Shown here piece after piece: positions 1-6,414 of a DNA stretch of 24,000 bases. Below the pieces are notes generated by a model. It ran no database searches. It saw nothing but the letters and a program-made list of their open reading frames with translations, and was not told where the DNA came from. This DNA is from Pigmentiphaga sp. H8 (GTDB lineage: Bacteria; Pseudomonadota; Gammaproteobacteria; Burkholderiales; Burkholderiaceae_B): assembly GCF_003854895.1 (NCBI RefSeq), contig NZ_CP033966.1, positions 1,722,689 through 1,746,688 of the forward strand, written 5' to 3'. The position numbers and the translations under genes are program-made. How positions within the stretch are numbered: position 1 is the stretch's first letter; every line of letters begins with the position of its first letter.

Positions 1-84
1 GCCGTCGAGGGCACGAGCGAGCGCCTGCGCGACAGCGCCGAGGTGGGCAACGCCTATTTCGGTGCCGAGGCCGCGGCGCATTGA
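1..84 (+). CDS. 3' end of an unidentified gene (5' part lies outside the window)
   Basis: Frame 1 is open from the window edge to TGA at 82-84 (...AVEGTSERLRDSAEVGNAYFGAEAAAH*). Third codon positions are strongly G/C, like the confirmed genes. Too short to assign a function. Confidence 0.3.
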   Translation, partial: AVEGTSERLRDSAEVGNAYFGAEAAAH

Positions 85-216
85 CCGAAGGTCCGCAGGG
101 CGTCTGATAACATAAGGCCGCTACGTCCTGTCGTGCCTTGTGCTTGCAGCCGCCTCCATCGAGCGTAAGGCACACGAGCCGGTTTGCCTGGTGGCTGCCA
201 GGCATCCGGGAATGCT

Positions 217-1143
217 ATGCATGAGACCATGGCCACCAAGTCTTTCTCATTCGAGCAGCTCGGCTGGGATCAGCTGCGTGCCCTGCTCGAGGTTGCCCGG
301 GGTGGTTCGCTGGAATCGGCCGCTAGGCGCCTGGGCGTCGACCAGTCCACGGTCAGCCGCAGGCTGGCGCAGGTCGAATACAGCGCCGGCTCCGCGCTGT
401 TCAAGCGCGACCGCAAGGGCTTGCAGCTCACGCCCATGGGACGCGACGTCCTGGTCCGTCTGGAACGCATGGAAGCCATGCTCCACGAGATCCAGGGCAT
501 CACGGCGCAGGGGCAGTCCGTCAGCGGCCGCGTCGTGATCGCCTCGATGGAAGGCGTGGGCGCGCTGCTCATCGCCCGCGCCGCGAAGGCCTTGCTGGAC
601 AGGCATCCCGGGCTCGAGGTCCATCTCGTCACCACGTCCAATTTCGTCGACATCGCCCGGCGCGAAGCCGACATCTTCGTCAGCTTCTTCGAACCGCCTT
701 CGGGTTCATTGACCACGCACGGCGTGGCCGAGGTGCCGTTCCAGCTGTATGCCAGCCCGGCCTACCTGGGCGACCGCCGGATTGCCGGTCCCGAGGACCT
801 GGCCGAGGATCTCTTCATCGGCTATATCGACGACCCCATGTACCTGCCCGCCGCGCGCTGGCTGGAGAGCATCATCGAGAAGCCCAGGATAGGCTTTCGC
901 GCGACCAGCATGTTCTCGCAGATGTTCGCCGCGCAGGAAGGTCTGGGCATCGTGATGCTGCCGTCCTACGCCAATGCGGAATCGCTGGGGCTGGTCAAGA
1001 TCATCGAGGACCGGTATTCCGAGGTGCCGCTGTTCGCCAGCGTGCAGCGCGACATGCAGTATCTGCCGCATATCCGGGTGGTGTTCGAGACGATCGCGGC
1101 GTATCTGCAGGAGAAGATAGGGACGGCGGCTTCCAGGAAGTAG
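217..1143 (+). CDS. LysR family transcriptional regulator
   Basis: ORF 184..1143. The codon at 184 is TTG; the ATGs at 217 or 229 are more plausible starts. The N-terminal winged HTH 'LRALLEVARGGSLESAARRLGVDQSTVSRRLAQVE' and the ~300 aa length with a C-terminal effector-binding domain are typical of LysR-type regulators. Confidence 0.85.
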   Translation: MHETMATKSFSFEQLGWDQLRALLEVARGGSLESAARRLGVDQSTVSRRLAQVEYSAGSALFKRDRKGLQLTPMGRDVLVRLERMEAMLHEIQGITAQGQSVSGRVVIASMEGVGALLIARAAKALLDRHPGLEVHLVTTSNFVDIARREADIFVSFFEPPSGSLTTHGVAEVPFQLYASPAYLGDRRIAGPEDLAEDLFIGYIDDPMYLPAARWLESIIEKPRIGFRATSMFSQMFAAQEGLGIVMLPSYANAESLGLVKIIEDRYSEVPLFASVQRDMQYLPHIRVVFETIAAYLQEKIGTAASRK

Positions 1144-1154
1144 GCCGCTGCCGG

Positions 1155-2063
1155 TCAAACGCAGGAAAACTCGCTGCCCACTTCCTGTACATGGGCGAGA
1201 AGCGAACGGCTTTCGTCCGTAAGCGGCGCGCGCTCCCGAAAGATGACGGCGATGTCGCGCTTGAGCGCGGGCACCGTGATCGGCAAGGCCTTGATCGTTC
1301 CTTCTTTCACGTCGTCCACGGCTGAATGCGCGGGTAGCAGGGCCAGATGATCGCTGGCGCTGATCAGGGTTTTCATGAAATCGATGGAGCCGCATTCCAC
1401 CAGGTGCCGGGGATTATCGACGACCTCCGAGGCCAGGAGTTTTTCCAGCGCGCCTCGCTGCGGACCGCTGATCACGGTGCAGACCCAGGGATAGCGGGCG
1501 AGGTTGGCCCACGTAAGCTCGGGCTGCTCGAACAACTCGTGGCCTGAACGGGCAAAGATGCACAGCCGATCCCGGAAGAGTACACGCTGCTTCAAGCCGT
1601 CGAGGAAGAAATCATAGAACTCGGTCTGGCCGACGATGAAATCGAACTCGCAGCGCAGCAGCCCCAGCAGCAGTTCCACCTGGATTTTCTCGACGACCCG
1701 GAGCAATACGTCGGGACGCTGGGCGCTCCATCGTGCGACCGCGAGCGGAATGACCGTGCTGGCAAGGCTGGGCAGGACGCCGATGACGATCATGCGGGAC
1801 TGCTCCCTGTCGCCTTTCAGTCTCGTCGAGGCGAGATCCATCTCGTCGCGGATGTGGCGGGCATGCGAGTAGATGAGTTCTCCGAGCATCGTGGGCTCGA
1901 TGCCCGCCGGGCTCCTGACCAGCAGCTTCATCCCGAGATCTTCTTCGAGCCGGTTCATCGACTTCGACAGCGCAGGCTGTGAAATGGCCAGCAGCCGGGC
2001 CGCCTTGGCCAGGCTGCCCTGCTCGATGATCGTGGCGAGGTACAGCAGCTTTCGAGGGTCCAT
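1155..2063 (-). CDS. LysR family transcriptional regulator
   Basis: ORF 1155..2138. The codon at 2138 is GTG, and the 25 codons upstream of the ATG at 2063 have many A/T third positions (non-coding-like). From 2063 the protein starts 'MDPRKLLYLATIIEQGSLAKAARLLAISQPALSKSMNRLEEDLG', a canonical LysR N-terminus. It is the last gene in the same orientation as the cupin and Bug genes. Confidence 0.85.
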   Translation of the reverse strand: MDPRKLLYLATIIEQGSLAKAARLLAISQPALSKSMNRLEEDLGMKLLVRSPAGIEPTMLGELIYSHARHIRDEMDLASTRLKGDREQSRMIVIGVLPSLASTVIPLAVARWSAQRPDVLLRVVEKIQVELLLGLLRCEFDFIVGQTEFYDFFLDGLKQRVLFRDRLCIFARSGHELFEQPELTWANLARYPWVCTVISGPQRGALEKLLASEVVDNPRHLVECGSIDFMKTLISASDHLALLPAHSAVDDVKEGTIKALPITVPALKRDIAVIFRERAPLTDESRSLLAHVQEVGSEFSCV

Positions 2064-2160
2064 GCCGGCTCTCGCGTGCGGAACGAGCTCGGGAAAATGT
2101 GCCAGGTCTTCCCATCTTACGCCGTTGGCAGCATTCACGCGGTCTCTCCCGGGCGGGCGC

Positions 2161-3156
2161 CTATTGGCTGGCCTGGATGTTGTTGTCCCTGATGACCTTG
2201 CCCCAACGCTCCGCTTCGCTCTTCATGTATGCCGTCGCCGAGGCGGAGTTGGTGGCGTCGGTGGCAAAGCCCAGTCCCGCGAAACGTTCCTGTACCGCCT
2301 TGTCCGTCACAGCCTTGGCGAAGGCGTCGTATAGCCGGGCGACGACTTCAGGAGGTGTCCTGGCGGGCGCAAGGAAGGCATACCACAAGCGGGGGTTGAA
2401 GTTGCCGTAACCCAGTTCACCCATCGTGGGGACGTCGGGCAGCGAGGCCAGCCGCTTTTCCGAGGTGATGGCGAGCAAACGTACCTTGCCGGTCGCGGCC
2501 AGCGAGCTTGCCTCGGCCGACGATGAGAAGAACAGCTGTACTTGATTGCCCAGCAGCGCCTGGACCGCGTCGGCACTGCCTCGGAAAGGAACGTGCAGTG
2601 CCGTGCCTCCCCAGTCGTTGACCAGGCGGGCGGCGGACAGGTGAGCCAGGGTGCCCACCCCGCCGGAGGCGTAGACGACGCCTTGCGGGGATTTCGCCGC
2701 TTTCTCGAGGTCGGCGAAGGACTGGATCTTCGATCCCACCGACACCACCGCCACCATGGGAAAGGAACCGATACCGAGAATCGGTACGAAATCCCGCTGC
2801 AGATCGTAGGCAAGCTTGGGCATCAATATCGATGCCACCACACCGGATGTGGTCAGACTCAGCACGGTGCAGCCGTCCGGCGCCGCCTTGGCGACGATGT
2901 CCGTGCCTATGGTCGTGGTGGCTCCCGCCCGATTCTCGATCACGATGGTCTTGCCAAGGTAGGTGCTTGCCTTTTCGGCGATGGCCCGGCTGATGACGTC
3001 GCCGACCCCGCCGGCGGGATTGGGTACGACCATCTTGATGTAGGGCGCGGCGCACCCCTCGGCGGCGCCGGCGTTCGCACCGGCGCCCAGGACGGCCGTG
3101 GCGAGCATGGCGAGGCGGGCAATGATTTTGCGGGTGTCGTACACGGCTGTCTCCAT
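2161..3156 (-). CDS. Bug-family (TctC-like) tripartite tricarboxylate transporter periplasmic substrate-binding protein
   Basis: ORF 2161..3255. The likely start is the ATG at 3156 (METAVYDTRKIIARLAMLATAVLGAGANAGAAEG, a signal peptide). Bug/TctC hallmarks are 'IENRAGATTTIGTDIVAKAAPDGCTVL' and 'VPFRGSADAVQALLGNQVQL', with a length of ~330 aa. Confidence 0.85.
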   Translation of the reverse strand: METAVYDTRKIIARLAMLATAVLGAGANAGAAEGCAAPYIKMVVPNPAGGVGDVISRAIAEKASTYLGKTIVIENRAGATTTIGTDIVAKAAPDGCTVLSLTTSGVVASILMPKLAYDLQRDFVPILGIGSFPMVAVVSVGSKIQSFADLEKAAKSPQGVVYASGGVGTLAHLSAARLVNDWGGTALHVPFRGSADAVQALLGNQVQLFFSSSAEASSLAATGKVRLLAITSEKRLASLPDVPTMGELGYGNFNPRLWYAFLAPARTPPEVVARLYDAFAKAVTDKAVQERFAGLGFATDATNSASATAYMKSEAERWGKVIRDNNIQASQ

Positions 3157-3184
3157 TGGATTCTTGTAGTTGGATTCGTCCGAT

Positions 3185-4024
3185 TCAGAATTTCGGCAGA
3201 TTGATGCGGAAGAATTCCGTTTCCTCGCGTGCGGCGAAGCGCACGCAGCCATCATCGGGGTCGAGTTCGAAGGCCGTATGGGGCCCGTATTCGAGATCGC
3301 CGAGTTCGACGCGGCCTTTGCTTATGAAGAGCAGCTCGATCGAATCGCGGCGTCTGTCGTGATAAATCGCGTCGGCTTCCAGGTGAATGAAACCGACGCT
3401 GGCGCTGCGTTCCGTGAATGAACCCAGGTCCTTTCGGAAAACCCCGGAATCTTCGGTCGGAATCCATTCGTAATTGAACGGATTCATCATGACCAGGTCG
3501 TCATACCGTGGGCGGGAATATGTCAGTTTCCGCCCCATGGCTTTTTCGAAGCAAGCTTCGAAACCATCCTGGTTATGGCGTTTTCCATTTTCATCGTAGT
3601 AAGTGAAGATGCCGTCCTTGAATTCGCCGATCTTGGCCAGTTCGCTATTGGCCGCTTCGCGTTCTTCCACGCTCAGGAAACCATGGCCGCTTGCCCCGCC
3701 AAACTGGCACACCACCATTTCCAATCCTTCCGGCCTGTCCTGCGGGCCGTAATGGACGCTTTCGGGAAAATACCCCACCCAGCCTTCCGGCATGCTCTTG
3801 CCCTTGGCATAAGGGTAGTTTCCCTTCAGGACGTAGCGGATCTGGTCGAAATTGTGCCGGTGGCGCGGCGCGGTCCATCCTCCCGCGCCGGTGCGTCCGA
3901 CATTCAAGAGATAGTTATTCGGCGATCCATCTTTTCCAGTAAGAAGGAATTTCTGGGCCAGCACGCCTTCTCTCATGGTTCCGACGACTCCCGATTCCGC
4001 CGTGGCCTTTTCCGAGATTTTCAT
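3185..4024 (-). CDS. Cupin-domain protein of unknown function (possible metal-dependent oxygenase/isomerase)
   Basis: ORF 3185..4108. The best start is the ATG at 4024, preceded by GCAGGAGGATCC (a strong SD). There is a cupin-like His cluster 'PRHRHNFDQIRYVLKG' followed by 'GYFPESVHYGP'. Codon usage is visibly more A/T-ending than in neighbouring genes (GGA, AAT, TAT, AAA, GAT). Confidence 0.7.
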   Translation of the reverse strand: MKISEKATAESGVVGTMREGVLAQKFLLTGKDGSPNNYLLNVGRTGAGGWTAPRHRHNFDQIRYVLKGNYPYAKGKSMPEGWVGYFPESVHYGPQDRPEGLEMVVCQFGGASGHGFLSVEEREAANSELAKIGEFKDGIFTYYDENGKRHNQDGFEACFEKAMGRKLTYSRPRYDDLVMMNPFNYEWIPTEDSGVFRKDLGSFTERSASVGFIHLEADAIYHDRRRDSIELLFISKGRVELGDLEYGPHTAFELDPDDGCVRFAAREETEFFRINLPKF

Positions 4025-4090
4025 GGATCCTCCTGCCGTTTTCTTGAAGGGACTTTCGATAATGTCCGCAGAGTCTAGAGACGAGATTGG

Positions 4091-4137
4091 CCGATAACAA
4101 GCGGCCACGCTTCACGGATATAACTCGAGGTTATCGG
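4091..4137. promoter_or_regulatory. Candidate LysR-type operator in a divergent promoter region
   Basis: ATAAC(4120-4124)-TCGAG-GTTAT(4130-4134) contains a T-N11-A dyad. An upstream half-site CCGATAAC (4091-4098) is the exact reverse complement of GTTATCGG (4130-4137). The site lies between the cupin start (4024, minus) and the aldolase start (4265, plus). Confidence 0.35.
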
Positions 4138-4264
4138 AGGAGATTCGGGGCGCCGCAAAATTCTTGACGCTGACGGGGGCTCGCAACGACCATGGCGTCG
4201 TGCGGCCGTTGCGGTCCATTCATGTGGGCCGGTTTTCAATGCTGGATAAACCGCGGATATATAT

Positions 4265-5083
4265 ATGGAAGAATCTCCTCGTGACCTGGTGCGAAATCGC
4301 GTCAAGGAAAAGCTGGCGGGAAACGAGCTCGTGCTGTCGATGGCGGTGCGGCTCGTTCGATCGATCGAGATCGTCAGCATTGCGCAGAGCGCCGGCTTCG
4401 ATTCCTTCTACGTGGATCTGGAACACAGTAGCTTTTCCCTGGAAGCCACCTCGCAGTTGTGCATCGCGGGCCTGAGCCTGGGAGTGACGCCGTTCGTGCG
4501 GGTGCCTTCGATTTCCCCCGATTGCATCGCAGGCGTGCTCGATGGCGGCGCGCTCGGCGTCATAGCGCCGCACGTCCAGGGCGCGGACGAAGCGGCCCGG
4601 GTGGTCCGTGCCGCGAAATACCCGCCGTCCGGCTCCCGCTCGTTCACCGGGGCGTTGCCGCATGTGCGTTTTCGGAGCTTTCCCGCCATCGAGGTGAGCG
4701 CGGCCATCGATGCCGCCACGATGGTGATCATCATGATCGAGTCGGCCGCCGCGCTGGAAGCCGCGGAGGCCATCGCGGCCGTCGAGGGGGTCGACATGCT
4801 GTTCATCGGCACCAATGACCTGTGCGCCGAACTGGGCATCCCGGGGCAGTTGGACCATCCGACGATCCGCCAGGCCTACGCCACATGCATGCGTGCCTGC
4901 GCGTCGAATGGAAAGCATCTGGGCATAGGAGGCTTGAACGCGAATCCCGCGCTCGCGGCGGATTTCGTCAAGCTGGGCGCCCGTTATGTGTCGACCGGCA
5001 CCGACCTGTCGTTCCTGGCGGCTGGAGCGGCCGCCAAGACCAGGCAGATGCGCGAACGCTTTTCTCCACCGTCTTTCAACTGA
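4265..5083 (+). CDS. HpcH/HpaI-family aldolase (class II 4-hydroxy-2-oxoacid aldolase / citrate-lyase beta-like fold)
   Basis: 272 aa. 'VRLVRSIEIVSIAQSAGFDSFYVDLEHS', 'MIESAAALEAAEAIAAVEGVDMLFIGTNDL' and 'YVSTGTDL' match the conserved blocks of the HpcH/HpaI family. There is no obvious SD, and an (AT)5 tract runs into the ATG. Confidence 0.8.
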   Translation: MEESPRDLVRNRVKEKLAGNELVLSMAVRLVRSIEIVSIAQSAGFDSFYVDLEHSSFSLEATSQLCIAGLSLGVTPFVRVPSISPDCIAGVLDGGALGVIAPHVQGADEAARVVRAAKYPPSGSRSFTGALPHVRFRSFPAIEVSAAIDAATMVIIMIESAAALEAAEAIAAVEGVDMLFIGTNDLCAELGIPGQLDHPTIRQAYATCMRACASNGKHLGIGGLNANPALAADFVKLGARYVSTGTDLSFLAAGAAAKTRQMRERFSPPSFN

Positions 5084-5096
5084 GGAAGAACAAGAC

Positions 5097-5387
5097 ATGG
5101 CCAAGGCCTATTGGGTTGCGACCTACCGCTCGATCAACGATCCCGCCGCACTGGCGGAGTACGGCAAGCTTGCCGGCCCGGCTCTTCAGGCGGCCGGCGG
5201 AAGGTTCGTCGCCCGTGGCCTGCCTGCCGTTGCCTACGAGTCCGGAGTCAACGAGCGTGTCGTCCTGATCGAGTTCGACAGCGCGCAGCAGGCGATCGCC
5301 GCCCACGACGGTGCCGGATACCAGGCGGCCCTGAAGGCCCTGGGCAACGGTGCCGAGCGGGACGTCCGCATCGTCGACGGCCTGTAG
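5097..5387 (+). CDS. DUF1330-domain protein
   Basis: ATG at 5097, 13 nt after the aldolase stop and preceded by GAGGAAGAA. The 96-aa protein 'MAKAYWVATYRSINDPAALAEYGKLAGPALQAAGGRFVARG...VVLIEFDSAQQAIAAHDGAGYQAAL' matches the size and sequence pattern of DUF1330 (dimeric alpha-beta barrel-like). Confidence 0.75.
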   Translation: MAKAYWVATYRSINDPAALAEYGKLAGPALQAAGGRFVARGLPAVAYESGVNERVVLIEFDSAQQAIAAHDGAGYQAALKALGNGAERDVRIVDGL

Positions 5388-5426
5388 CCCGCCGCTGAAT
5401 CCAGAAGACACATATCGGGAGACATC

Positions 5427-6395
5427 ATGGATCAGAGCAAACGGCGGCTGCTGCTGGCGGCCGCCGCGACGGTTCCGGCCATGGCCGCGGCGCAACTGCC
5501 CACCGCCAGGCCGGTCAAGATCATCACTCCGTTCCCCGTGGGCACCGGGCCGGACAACGTCATGCGGCTCCTGGGGGAAAAACTCTCCCGGGCATGGGAC
5601 GTCCCGGTGATCATCGACAACCGCACCGGTGGCAACGGCTGGATCGCGATAGAGGCGGCCAAGCGTGCCGCCCCGGACGGGTACACGCTGCTTCAGCTGG
5701 ACACTTCGTTTTTCACCGTGCAGCCGTATGTCTACAAGAAACTGCCCTTCGATCCCTTCAAGGACTTCGAACCGGTAAGTCCCTTGTTCACGAACAACTA
5801 TTTCATCGTTGTCGCCACCGACTCCAAGTGGCGCGATGTCCGTGATCTGGCGGCAGCCGCGAAGGCGGCCCAGGGCAAGCTGCCGTTCGGTTCTTCCGGG
5901 ATCGGCAGCCAGCTTCACATCAATGCCGAAATGCTCGCATCGGCATTGCATACGCCGATGACGCACATACCGATCAGGGAAACGCCCCAGATCTACGTCT
6001 CCATCGCGCGCGGCGACCTGGCATGGGCATATGGCACCGGCTCGACCGCGGGGCCGCTCCACAAGTCGAAGAAGGTCAGGTTCCTCGCGCTGGCGGCGCC
6101 GTCGCGGCATCCGAGCTATCCGGATGTTCCGACCGTTGCCGAGGCGGGCGGCCCGAACATCGAGGCACGCGGCTGGACCGCCTTGTTCGCTCCGGCCGGT
6201 TCGCCCAAGCCGCTCATCAACCGCATGAACGCGGACATTCGCCGCATGCTGATGGAGCCGGACGTTCAAGAGCGTCTCGAGGCGGTCACCTTCCTGCCCT
6301 GGGCGGCGGAGCCGGCGGAGCTCCAGAGGGTGGCCGCAGCCGATTCGAAGCAGATCGGCGAGGTGGTGAAGTCCCTGAAGATATCGCTCGACTGA
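5427..6395 (+). CDS. Bug-family (TctC-like) periplasmic substrate-binding protein
   Basis: 322 aa with GGGAGA SD. The signal peptide has a twin-arginine-like 'KRRLLLAAAATVPAMAAA'. Family blocks present are 'IIDNRTGGNGWIAIEAAKRAAPDGYTLL' and 'LPFGSSGIGSQLH'. Confidence 0.85.
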   Translation: MDQSKRRLLLAAAATVPAMAAAQLPTARPVKIITPFPVGTGPDNVMRLLGEKLSRAWDVPVIIDNRTGGNGWIAIEAAKRAAPDGYTLLQLDTSFFTVQPYVYKKLPFDPFKDFEPVSPLFTNNYFIVVATDSKWRDVRDLAAAAKAAQGKLPFGSSGIGSQLHINAEMLASALHTPMTHIPIRETPQIYVSIARGDLAWAYGTGSTAGPLHKSKKVRFLALAAPSRHPSYPDVPTVAEAGGPNIEARGWTALFAPAGSPKPLINRMNADIRRMLMEPDVQERLEAVTFLPWAAEPAELQRVAAADSKQIGEVVKSLKISLD

Positions 6396-6414
6396 CGCAA
6401 CCAAGGAATCCGCA

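Noticed and set aside
4257-4267. An (AT)5 tract running into the aldolase ATG, considered as a phase-variable dinucleotide repeat or a TATA-like -10.
   Set aside because: Five repeat units are too few for appreciable slipped-strand variation. A -10 at this position would place the transcription start inside the gene. It is noted only because the gene lacks an obvious SD, so the start codon is less certain.
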